IMG/VR virus record: IMGVR_UViG_3300032218_003059
Location: 22,242 to 86,241 of that record
From: a virus
Lineage: Duplodnaviria; Caudoviricetes
Strand: one strand, 5' to 3'
Length of the DNA: 64,000 nucleotides
Shown: positions 10,445 to 21,100 of the stretch, piece by piece
How the letters are laid out: the number at the start of each line of letters is the position of its first letter
Position numbering within the stretch: position 1 is the first letter of the stretch
Translations under genes and position numbers: made by a program
Notes under the pieces: model-generated
Told to the model about the DNA's origin: nothing
The model's input: only the letters and a program-made list of their open reading frames with translations
The model's database searches: none

Positions 10445-10843
10445 ATGTCATTTGAGACACTAAAAGTATCAGAATTAAAAAAAGTCGCTGAAGATTTTGG
10501 CGTAGATTTAGAAGAGTCTAAAAGCAAAAAAGATATAATTGCAGCGTTAGCTGAAGAAGGTGTAAGCTGGGGAGTCTATGAAAAGACTATTCAAATCCTA
10601 GAAGAAGCAGAAGATGAAACAATGGAAATTCTTCCAAAATTTGATCCAAAGAAAGAGCAGCCCAAAGATTCAGTTTTGGTTAGAATGACTAGAGCTAATT
10701 TTAGATATGATATTATGGGTCATACTTTCACAAAAGACCATCCGTTTGCCGTAATGAGCGAATCAGATGCTCAAGCAATATTTGACAAGGAGGACGGTTT
10801 TAGAGTAGCAACACCTAAAGAAGCACAGGAGTTCTACCACTAA
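10445..10843 (+). CDS. Rho-N/HeH-like domain protein, head-associated hypothetical
   Basis: LKVSELKKVAEDFGV...KKDIIAAL N-terminal motif. Confidence 0.6.
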   Translation: MSFETLKVSELKKVAEDFGVDLEESKSKKDIIAALAEEGVSWGVYEKTIQILEEAEDETMEILPKFDPKKEQPKDSVLVRMTRANFRYDIMGHTFTKDHPFAVMSESDAQAIFDKEDGFRVATPKEAQEFYH

Positions 10844-10855
10844 AGCTATTAATAA

Positions 10856-11848
10856 ATGGCAGAAATATATATTGATTATGCATCACCAATTAAAACAAAA
10901 ATTTTTTGGGGTGGTGAAATAACAAATGTTAATGACCTATATCCTGTCGAAGTAACAGTTTGGGATATAACAGAAGACCCAACAGTTGACCCATTAGTAG
11001 ACCCATCTATTCCTATTTATGAGGGAGAGGCTCAAAAAGTTGAAACGGATGATGGTACTTATCAAATTACTCTTCCGTTAGATTTATGTAATAGGGCAAA
11101 AGAATTAAGAATACGCTGGGATTATAAAATTGATGATAATCAAGCTGGTCACTATACAAATATGAGTATAGTAAAGCCTTATGTAGGATTAGCAGAAGTC
11201 TATGAGGACCTTGGATTTGGAACAGATTATGGAGATCCAAATCACAAAACTTACCATGAGTTACAAATGGCTGAAAAATATGCACGTAAAATGATTGAAA
11301 ATTTTTGCAATCAAGTTTTTTATCCATATAATGATTTTCAAATTGTTTATGGTGCTGGTACTAATTTAGTTCCATTGCCATTTAAACTTTTAGAACTACA
11401 TGAACTTTATGAAAATGATATTAAGGTTATAGATAGAGTTAATAATATAAATAACTGGGTATATAATCCAATGCCAGTTGAATCAGGGTTTGGATTAAGA
11501 GTAGATCAATCTACAGCATATGACGATGTTGTTTATGTTGCTAACGGCGTAGTTCCTCCAACAGTAAATGATTGGGGTTTTGGCGGAGCATTTAAAAGAG
11601 GTTATAGATATCGCATTCAAGGTAAATATGGCTGGAAAGATGTACCAGACAATGTTGAAGAAGCATGTATTATATTGATGAAAGATTTTTTTTCAAAAGA
11701 TATTGCTTGGAGAAATAAATATCTTAAAAATATTCAAACATTTGATTGGCAGTTTGAATTTACTGGTGATGCATATAGAGGAACTGGAAACTATTATGTA
11801 GACCAGCTGCTTGCACCATATGTGATCAATGGTATGGTTGTAATCTAA
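10856..11848 (+). CDS. Head-to-tail adaptor
   Basis: AEKYARKMIENFCNQ, YGWKDVPDNVEEACIIL; position. Confidence 0.75.
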   Translation: MAEIYIDYASPIKTKIFWGGEITNVNDLYPVEVTVWDITEDPTVDPLVDPSIPIYEGEAQKVETDDGTYQITLPLDLCNRAKELRIRWDYKIDDNQAGHYTNMSIVKPYVGLAEVYEDLGFGTDYGDPNHKTYHELQMAEKYARKMIENFCNQVFYPYNDFQIVYGAGTNLVPLPFKLLELHELYENDIKVIDRVNNINNWVYNPMPVESGFGLRVDQSTAYDDVVYVANGVVPPTVNDWGFGGAFKRGYRYRIQGKYGWKDVPDNVEEACIILMKDFFSKDIAWRNKYLKNIQTFDWQFEFTGDAYRGTGNYYVDQLLAPYVINGMVVI

Positions 11849-12273
11849 TGTCATTAATAGTTGGAGCCATATTGGCAATGACTGCAGACGTATATAGACA
11901 GTCAAATATACAAGATCCAGAAACTGGCCACCTTCAAAAAACATGGACATATTATAAAACAATTGATTGCCTTGCAAAAGGAGTAATTTCTAACTCAACA
12001 ACAAGAAAAGGAAATGCTCAAATTTTTGATAATACTTATGCAGATGTTCAAATGCTTGAAATTAGAACAAAAGAAAAATTAACCATTAAAGAAAAAATAA
12101 CAAATATTAAAGATTCACAAGGAAATAACATATGGACAGAGCTTGATATTCCATATGATACACCTACAGTATTTGAAGTAATAGGCACAACCCCCTTAAC
12201 AGACCCTTTTGGCACTACGCTTGCTTTTAACTCAACAGTTAAAAGATCGGAGAACCAGGTAATTGGCGAATAA
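11848..12273 (+). CDS. Head-closure (stopper) protein
   Basis: Size, position, ADVYRQ..QDPETG..TW motif. Confidence 0.65.
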   Translation: MSLIVGAILAMTADVYRQSNIQDPETGHLQKTWTYYKTIDCLAKGVISNSTTRKGNAQIFDNTYADVQMLEIRTKEKLTIKEKITNIKDSQGNNIWTELDIPYDTPTVFEVIGTTPLTDPFGTTLAFNSTVKRSENQVIGE

Positions 12274-13051
12274 CGTAGCTTTAGTTAATGCCACTTCAAC
12301 ACTAGAAAGATTTATGGTTGATGGTAAAAAAACTGGCATGCTTAAAGAAAGCCTTACCGCACAAATATCTGCAGCAATATTTTATCAGTCTACAGTAATA
12401 TCTAAGCTAGAAACAAATAAAGCATTTCATAATACATTTAGTAAAATAATATTTGATCAAATAGAAAAAGACTTTGGTTCATATGTAGATGCACAAGCAA
12501 GAACAAAGCCTAAATCTTTACACCATGTTTATGAATGGCAAAAAACTGGAAATATGGATGCAAGATTATTTAAGTTAAATAAACTTCCAACTCAAGGACT
12601 TGGCGTAAGCTTAGTTTTTGAATTTCTTCCATCTAAATCAGCAGTGCCTTCAACTAGAGCTAAAAGAAGATATGTGTTTACAAACAAAGCTAAGATTATG
12701 GAAGAAGGAATTCCAGTTGTAGTCTCTCCAAAATTTGCTGAGAGGATCGTATTTGATACTGGGTTAGGATATACTGTATTTATGCCCAAAGGAGCTTCTG
12801 TGACTATCAGGAGGCCTGGTGGGGTTGCTGCAAAGCAGTCCTTTGAAATGGCGTATAAGAGATTTTTTACAACAGCTCTAGTAAGCGAATCAATAAAAAG
12901 ATCTGGATTTCAGCAAATATTTAATATGAAGGTTGGTAAGGCACTTAGCCTTCCAGCACAAATTAAAAAGGTTAAGTATTCATTTTCCCCAGGCGGGTTA
13001 GTACTAGAGTCAGAGCTTGCTTTAAACAAAGCATTTGGAGGATTATTATGA
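12263..13051 (+). CDS. Neck/tail-completion protein (putative)
   Basis: Position between head-closure and tail terminator; LHHVYEW motif. Confidence 0.5.
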   Translation: MANNVALVNATSTLERFMVDGKKTGMLKESLTAQISAAIFYQSTVISKLETNKAFHNTFSKIIFDQIEKDFGSYVDAQARTKPKSLHHVYEWQKTGNMDARLFKLNKLPTQGLGVSLVFEFLPSKSAVPSTRAKRRYVFTNKAKIMEEGIPVVVSPKFAERIVFDTGLGYTVFMPKGASVTIRRPGGVAAKQSFEMAYKRFFTTALVSESIKRSGFQQIFNMKVGKALSLPAQIKKVKYSFSPGGLVLESELALNKAFGGLL

Positions 13052-13554
13052 CAGTAAACTATAAACTAGATGCAATGCTAGAGATAAGAAAATTTTTATG
13101 GCAAGAACTTGTGTCAGCTGGGATATTTGATCCAGAGCAGTATGCCTTAGACGGTGGTGGAACAACAAATCCTATATTGCCAGTCCAACAACCAGCAGAT
13201 ATGAATCAATTATTCAATGGCAAAAAACATATTATCTATGACAAGATAAACATGTCCTATGAAGACAACTGGATGATATGCAATGATCAAATTCTATTTA
13301 CTATATATTCTACACAGATATCAGAAATCAATGAAATCACAAACTTTATGATAGATTTATTTAGAAGAATGGATGATTCAGCCAAAGACGTTAATGGAAG
13401 CCTAGGAATATCCACGGCCTTTAAATTCTTTAGCACATATATAGTAGACATATCACCCACTACGCCATCAAAAGAAATGTCTGGATTCTACTCCTCAGAC
13501 ATAATACTTCAGGCCAAATACTCCAGATTTGTGGAAAATGGTAGGTATATCTAG
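13048..13554 (+). CDS. Tail terminator protein (putative)
   Basis: Size and position directly before the tail tube gene. Confidence 0.6.
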   Translation: MTVNYKLDAMLEIRKFLWQELVSAGIFDPEQYALDGGGTTNPILPVQQPADMNQLFNGKKHIIYDKINMSYEDNWMICNDQILFTIYSTQISEINEITNFMIDLFRRMDDSAKDVNGSLGISTAFKFFSTYIVDISPTTPSKEMSGFYSSDIILQAKYSRFVENGRYI

Positions 13555-13555
13555 T

Positions 13556-13584
13556 TTGCCTTATGGGGCATTATACACTAAAAT
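13556..13584 (+). promoter_or_regulatory. Promoter TTGCCT-N17-TAAAAT for the tail tube gene
   Basis: Same hexamers and spacing as 7952-7980. Confidence 0.55.
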
Positions 13585-13661
13585 TAGACTTAGAGGAAAG
13601 GCCTAGCCAGCCAAATTATTTTACAATTAAATATCAAGATTTAATATAGGAGGTTTAAACT

Positions 13662-14357
13662 ATGGCAATACAAGCCACAGGAAATGCAAAGAATATTCTA
13701 GTTGGTGCTTCACCACTGTTTCTTTCAACAAAAGATTCAACATCAGCAACATACAAAGAAAATGCTGAGCCTGGTAGCGCAGACGGAGTTGCGTTTGTTT
13801 CAGGTACATCATATACAACAACACTTAACGCAGTTGATCTATCAACAGCTAAATACCGTAACGTAGGTTACACAAATAACGGTCTTCAGATTACTTATAA
13901 CCCAACATACGGTTCAGTAACAGTAGATCAGCTTCTAGATACAGCAAAGCTGTTCAAGGAGTCAATGGAAGTTATGATTGCAACAGAAATGGCAGAAGGT
14001 ACTCTTGAGAACGTTCTTGCAGTATTTGGTCAGGGAACATCAACTCTTTCAGCAGCATTAACAAACTCTGCAACATCAACACAGACATTAGGTTTAGAAG
14101 CTGGTGCCCTTGGTGTAGCTCCAACAGAGCGTCAGCTAATTGCTGTCGGACAAGCACCAACAACAGTTGGCGCTTCAACAGAGCGTGTTTATTATGCTCG
14201 TCGTGTACTTTCAGTACAGCAGTCACAATTCTCACTTGCACGTAATAATGCAACCACATTCCCAGTCACATTCCGCTTGCTTCCATCAGGAGACACAGCG
14301 TATGCAGGACAGGAATACGGTAAGATTATTGACCGTGTTTTGACAGTTACAGCATAA
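13662..14357 (+). CDS. Major tail (tube) protein
   Basis: NILVGA..VGYTNNGLQITYNP..VDQL; strong RBS AGGAGG; followed by a terminator. Confidence 0.88.
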   Translation: MAIQATGNAKNILVGASPLFLSTKDSTSATYKENAEPGSADGVAFVSGTSYTTTLNAVDLSTAKYRNVGYTNNGLQITYNPTYGSVTVDQLLDTAKLFKESMEVMIATEMAEGTLENVLAVFGQGTSTLSAALTNSATSTQTLGLEAGALGVAPTERQLIAVGQAPTTVGASTERVYYARRVLSVQQSQFSLARNNATTFPVTFRLLPSGDTAYAGQEYGKIIDRVLTVTA

Positions 14358-14370
14358 TTTAATTAAATTA

Positions 14371-14402
14371 AGAAACCCCCCCCAGAAATGGGGGGGTTTT
14401 CT
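14371..14402 (+). terminator. Rho-independent terminator after the tail tube gene
   Basis: AGAAA-C-run-A-GAAA-T-G-run-TTTTCT hairpin. Confidence 0.85.
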
Positions 14403-14404
14403 GT

Positions 14405-14433
14405 TTGTAAGAGTAAAACCATTATGTTATAAT
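14405..14433 (+). promoter_or_regulatory. Promoter upstream of the tail assembly chaperone
   Basis: TTGTAA-N17-TATAAT with TG extension. Confidence 0.5.
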
Positions 14434-14462
14434 AATTAAGACTAGATCCTAGGAGGATTAAA

Positions 14463-14795
14463 TTGGCAACAACAGTATATGATGTAGAAAAAATTAAACT
14501 ACAAAACGGTGTAGAGGTAGAGCTTAAACCTCTTACAATTAAAGAGCTAAGAAAGTTTATGATAGTTATTCAAAAGACAGCAGAAGTTTCCACAGAAGAT
14601 GAAACCCTCACATTACTTATTGATGCATGTGCAGTTGCTTTAGAAAAGCAATTACCAGAATTGGTAAAAGATCGTGATGCATTTGAAGATGTTTTGGACG
14701 TTCCAACCATTAACCGCATTTTAGAAATTTGTGGAGGAATTAAGATGGACGACCCAAACCAACTAGCAGCGACGGTTCTGGCTGGTCAGAACTAG
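14463..14795 (+). CDS. Tail assembly chaperone, short form (gpG-like)
   Basis: TTG start with AGGAGG RBS; position between tail tube and tape measure. Confidence 0.85.
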   Translation: MATTVYDVEKIKLQNGVEVELKPLTIKELRKFMIVIQKTAEVSTEDETLTLLIDACAVALEKQLPELVKDRDAFEDVLDVPTINRILEICGGIKMDDPNQLAATVLAGQN

Positions 14796-15121
14796 ATCTT
14801 GCTGCATTAGAGGGAGATGTATTTCTCCTTGGACATTGGAAGAATTACCAGGAACTAGAAGAAAATCTTTCAATGCCAGAGTTAGTACAAACATTAAAGT
14901 CTATGCAACAAAAAGAAATGAATCAAAGAAAGTTTACAGCGGGACTTAAAGGCATAAACTTAGATGAAGAAGCAAAAGAAAGTAGCAGTACTTTTGAAGA
15001 TGTACAAAGAAGAGCTTTAGGTATAGAAACATCAGGAGATGATGTTGTTTCATTACAAGGGGCGTTTGCCTCACAGGCAGGCTTTGGAATTGGAGAAGGT
15101 CTAGGCTATTCAAAGGAGTAA
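14744..15121 (+). CDS. Tail assembly chaperone frameshift extension (gpT-like)
   Basis: The -1 frame reads ..GSGWSELDLAALEGDVFLLGHWKNYQELEENLSMPEL..; the ORF track's ATG at 14873 is internal. Confidence 0.8.
   Translation, partial: DGRPKPTSSDGSGWSELDLAALEGDVFLLGHWKNYQELEENLSMPELVQTLKSMQQKEMNQRKFTAGLKGINLDEEAKESSSTFEDVQRRALGIETSGDDVVSLQGAFASQAGFGIGEGLGYSKE
14753..14759 (+). promoter_or_regulatory. -1 programmed frameshift slippery site C CCA AAC
   Basis: X XXY YYZ heptamer in the chaperone reading frame; the -1 frame is open from 14744 to 15121. Confidence 0.8.
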
Positions 15122-15131
15122 CATATAAGTA

Positions 15132-18100
15132 ATGTCTAATGAAAATGTAGTAATGAATTTAACCGCTAATGCGGATTTTTCTAATCTAGTAACAAGCGTT
15201 AATAGAGTTACTGCCTCACTTGCAAAAATGCAAGAGCAAATTGGTGCAAGCAATAGAATTTTAACTGGACAAATTGCAGCAACTAATAAAGCATTTTCTG
15301 ATACATTACGACAAACAGGACAATTTGGTACACACTTTGTAACCTTAAATGATGATGTTGCAAAATTTGGCAATCAATTAGATAAAGGTCAATTAAAGCT
15401 TAGAGATTATTACGGTGCATGGCAACAGCATGCAAAAACGTCTGGCGGATTAGTTAGAGACCTAGCAGCACAGCAAGTACAATTACAGAATGCTATATTG
15501 CAACCCTTGGGCAAAAATGCTCAAGGGCTAATGCAATTTAATGTACAGGTTCCAAAAGGCTTAGATGTTGTAAAAAATAAAACAGCTCTAGCATCTCAAG
15601 AGCTAAAGATCATGAATAAGGTTATGCAAGAAGGCGCTAATCAGATGATTAACTGGGGTAAAAATACTCAGTGGGCAGGTCGTCAATTAACAGTAGGATT
15701 AACAATACCATTAGCAGCATTTGGCGCAGCAGCAGCAAAAGCATTTAGAGAAGCAGATGCAGAACTAGTTCGTTTAACAAAAGTTTATGGTGGAGTAGCT
15801 GCAACATCTCAAGCAGACCTTAGTAAAATTAGAAAAGAAGTGTCTGCAACTGCAACTAGTTTAGCAAAACAATATGGTGCTTCATATAAAGATACTATTT
15901 CATTAGCTGCAGATTTAGCTGCTACTGGAAAAGAAGGAAATGATTTATTAAAAGCTACGGCACAAGCAACAAGACTTATGGTTCTTGGTGAAGTAGATAG
16001 ACAACAAGCAATGAAAACAACATTAACATTGCAAAATACTTTCAAAGAAAATACCAGCCAATTAGCAGAATCTATAAATTTTCTTAACGCAGTTGAAAAC
16101 CAAACTTCCCTTACACTTCAAGATTTAACTGAAGCAATTCCAAAAGCTGGTCCAGTAATAAAAGCACTTGGTGGAAGTGTAAAAGATTTAGCCCTTTATT
16201 TAACAGCAATGAAAGAAGGAGGAATTGGCGCAGCAGAAGGAGCAAATGCAATTAAATCAGCTTTTGCTTCTCTTATTAATCCAACAGCTAAAGCTACAAA
16301 TTTATTTAAGAGCTTTGGAATAGATTTACAAGGAATGGTTAAAAAGAATACAGGCAATACAACTGCCATGATTCTTGATTTACAATCTGCATTAAATAAA
16401 TTAGATCCTTTATCAAAATCTAAAGCAATTGAACAACTTTTTGGTAAATTTCAATTTGCTAGAATGACAGCGCTTATTGATAATTTAGGAAAACAGGGAT
16501 CACAATCATTAAGGGTATTAGATTTATTAAAACAATCAACAGGAGACATTGCAGCGATTGCAGACCGAGAATTAAAACAGGTTACCGAATCAGCCTCTGG
16601 TAAATATAAAAGGGCTGTAGAAGGCCTTAAAGCCGATCTAGCAGGCATTGGAGATCAGTTCTTAAAGATACAAACTTTCTTTATTAATGTAACAGATAAA
16701 ATTATTAGATTTGTAAATATATTGCCTGGACCAGTAAAAACAATTCTTACTTTGTTAACTGGATTAACTGCAATTGCAGGTCCTCTTATTATGCTTGTTG
16801 GTGTAATGGCAAACTTTATTGGATATATAATAAAAGGAGCATTTCATTTTAAAGCATTATTTAAATCAGGGGAAGGCTGGAGAATGCTTACTCCAGAGAT
16901 CCTTGCAGCTCAAAAAGCTGGATCTTTAATTGAAAAAACATTTTATAGCGATGCAAAAGCAGCACTATCTTTAGCTGAAGCTTTATCAGTATTAGAAGGT
17001 GGATATTCATCATTACAATCAAAGATGAACGCAGGTGCAATAACAGTACAGCCTGCAATATCTACAATTGCAGGCTCACCGATTTTAGCAGGAACTGGAG
17101 CGGGATCAAGAGTAGTTGATCCTAGAAATCCATTAGTAGGACAACAGGGAACTAGAGCATCTGCACATATTAACCCATTACGTGGAAGAACACAAGAACA
17201 AATTGCAGCATCTACAATATTTGGATTTGTTCCAGGCCCAATTCCAGTAAATAATGCACTTAAAGATACTCCACAAATGTATGCCAATGGAGATCTTCCT
17301 AATATACCAGGGCTTACAACTTCACCAAGTAAGCATGGTCCAGTTTCTTCTGGAATAGTTGCATCAGAAGCAACAAAATTTCAAACTTTAATGGGCACAA
17401 TGTCAATGATGAGCAAAACAGAAGTTGCAGCAATGAAAAAAGAAATTCAAACTACTGGAACAGTAAGTACAGAATTTATGACAGCATATTCTTCATTATT
17501 GCCAGAAATTACGTCTATATCTCAGAAAGCAGTAACTTCTTCAGCAGCAATTGTTTCTCAAGTTCAATCTGGAGAAATGCAATTATCTGCAGCTAAAGAA
17601 AAATTAATTCAGCTTAATTATGAAATTGAAGCAGCGATGGGTGCTGCAACTCAAGGTGTTGCAGCCTCACTTGGAAGAACTGCTAATTTAACAACAGTTC
17701 CAGGAATTGATCAGCCAGTAATTGATCCAAAAGGTAAGTCTAATATGAGACAGCTATTTGGAAAAGGAAATGCTTCATGGATGGACAAACTTGCAGGGGT
17801 ATTTGGAATTAAAACTTGGGGAGCAAGTTATTCAACACATACAACAATACCAAAAAGATTAAATTCAGGTGGAGCAGTTTATAATCCAAATAAAGATGGA
17901 AATATTGTTCCTGGAGACACATCAATAAATTATGATACAGTTCCAGCAATGCTACAGTCTGGCGGTTTTATATTAAATCAAACAGCATCAAAAAACAATC
18001 CAGATCTAGTACAATTAGCTAAAAACAAATATGCATCTGGCGGATCAGTTGTACCAGCATTATTAACTGCAGGAGAAACTTATTTTCCTCCTGAATTAGC

Positions 18101-21100
18101 ATCTCAAATGATGCCAACACTTAATATTGCAAATAGTGGAACAAAAGTTCAATTAAGAGCATTAGGTGGTTTAATATCACCAAAAAAAGGAAACTACGGT
18201 TTAATTCCTTCAGCTTCAATTGTAGAAAAAATGATAGCTTCATTGGCTAAAAATGAATATGCAGCAAGATGGTTAAAAGATTATAATTCTAAACCATATG
18301 CATCAAATGGAGTTATAAGAGGTTCTGCAGAAAGCATTTATAAACTACTTGGTATTACACCTAAAGATAATGAATCATTTAATCAATTTGGTCATATGAT
18401 CAGAACTTCAAAAACAAAAACTTCAGTCATTCCTGGTTTTGTTGCTAAACCCCCTACTGCTGTTTATGGAAAAAAAGCTGATTTTATTGGCTTTAATAAA
18501 TCTCTTAGTGGAAATGGAATATCAGATAAAAATATTCGTAAGTTTATAGAAAGTTTATTAGCTGGAGGCAGTGGATCAATAACTGGATCATCTTCTCAGT
18601 TTGTTGAAGCACTTACAAAGAATAATATTTTAGATAATGTTATAGCTAAAGAAATTAATCAAAAAATACAATCTGAATATGTAAGAGAATTATTTAGAAT
18701 GAAAAGAAGAGGGGTTACAGTAACAGATGAAAATAACCCATACTTTAATGTTTCTAATTCTATAATAAAACAATATTCTGAAAAAGTTCCACATTTAGAT
18801 AATTTATGGAACCAGTTTAATTTAAAAAATTCGGCAGTAAATCCACATTATTTATCTGAAATGAATAGCCCTGCAAAACGTGGCCCTGGAAGTATTGGTG
18901 TAAATGATATAACTTTAAGCAATCCAGCTAATGGAATGGGAATTAATGTTGGCAAATTAATTGGTTCTGAAGGTACAGCAGTGTATCATTCAAATAATCC
19001 AGTATGGCAAGAGTCATTGCTTCCAAAATCAAGAATGGGAATAATAACAAAAAATTGGCCTAAAAAACAACAATTTTATCCAATGGGAAGACAATATACA
19101 TTAGGTAATCAAGACCCTTTACATGGCCCACTTCAAATTGGTAAGTCCATGCAGATGCAGCATAGTGCTGGATATGATCCATATGCAGCTAAGAGCGTAT
19201 ATTACTCAGACAACTTTGGTAGATTAAATATAATGGATGCATTTCTTACAGGAACACAAAAAGAACGTGGAATGTATGCAACAGCACAATACATGGGCGG
19301 GAACCTTGGAGTAATGTCACAAATGGAGCGTTTAGGCAACCACCCACTTGGACCAATAGCTGCAATGAAATCATTACAAAAGAAATTTACTGGAAAACTT
19401 TATCGTGGAATCATGTTGGGAAAAACTCAAAATGCCGTCCCAGCAGATATAGAAAAAGCAATCATAGAAGCAAGAACTACTGGAAACCTTGAAGGTTTAT
19501 TGGGTAGAGAATTTATAATGAGAAGATCTTCCTGGAGTCAAAAAGAAAATATTGCACAATATTTTTCTCCTGGTCATGGTGTAAATCCAGAATCTATTTT
19601 ATTTGAAGCAAATGTTAAAAATAGAAATGTTTTGCCTTCATCACAACTTTTTCCAAACAAAGCATTTCAAGCCCCTTATGGACAATCATGGAACAAAACA
19701 AAATTTGGTAGCGGAGCGCAATCAGAACAAGAATCAATATTTGGCGGAAAATTTAAAATAGTTGGAATGCAAGGCGGTAAGGTACAGCTTGAAACAGTTG
19801 TTGATGCAGCTCGTGAAATGGGTGGGCCAGTAAATTCTGGAAGACCTTACCTTGTTGGAGAAAAAGGTCCAGAGCTATTTGTTCCAAAACATGATGGTGG
19901 GATAATTTCTCATTACGCACTAGGAGGAATGGTTTCTTCTGGAAAAAATACATATGGTTTAAGTCCAGCAAAAGCAATGGTGGGCAAAAATATTGCGGGA
20001 CTTGCGGCTTGGATACTAGGTCCAATGTTATTGCAAAAAATGGGCGTAAGTTCAGGAATTACAAATGGTTTGATGACAGCTGGCTTTGCAGGTCAAGCAG
20101 CCTATTCAATGCATTCACAATATAAAGCTTTTAAAGGAGCTGGTCAAGGAGCTGAAATAGTTGGCGATGTTGCAAAAGCAGAGGGAGCAGTAAGCAAACT
20201 TGCACCAAGATTTGCACAGCTTGCTGGAGCCGCTTCAAAAGCAGCAGGCCCAATAGGATTGGTATTTACAGCAATACAAGCCTACAGTTTCTTAGAAGAA
20301 AAAAAACGACATTCTCAAGAAGTATTTGCAACCTCATTTGGACTTTCTGCAAAAGCAGCTAAAGAAGCTGGAATACAGATACAAAATCTTGACGCTCAAT
20401 TAAAAGCTTCATCAGATGCAGCGGGAGCAACTAAAACAAAAGCAGCATTATTATTTTCACAAGATAGCGCTGGAATCAAAGGCTTATCGTTAACAGTAGG
20501 ACAGCTTAAATCACTTGAAACATCAGTAAAGAAAACAATGCCTACATATATGGAAGCATTTAAAAAAATGACTGGAAAAGAAATTCTTACAGGTGCAGCT
20601 AATATCAAAGCGCAATGGGTGGCAATGGGAATGAGCATACAAGATGCAAATTCTAAAATATACACACTTGTTAAATTAACTCATGGCTCACAAGCTGCAT
20701 TAAATGCAATAACATCTAGCGCATTTACAAAAATTACAGATAAAGCATCTGCTTCAGAATATGCAATAAAACTTGTTGGGCAAGCAATTAAAAATATTAA
20801 TAATGTTGGTGCAGCTGGAGCTGCAAATGCATTAGATACTTTCTTTCAAATTCAAACAGCAAAACTACAAGCACTTCAACAAAAAGCAGCAAAAGATGGT
20901 AAAGGTACACCTTACAGCAGTTCATACTCAGATACAATGTCTAGCTATACAAAAAGTGGTTATGGCGATATTAAAATAACAAGAGATATAATAACAGAGC
21001 TTTCAAAAACTCAACCCATACTTGCAAGCATACTTAATGCTACAGATACAATTGGCTCATCTTTAAGTAAATGGATAATTGCATCAAGCGGCTCAATAAC

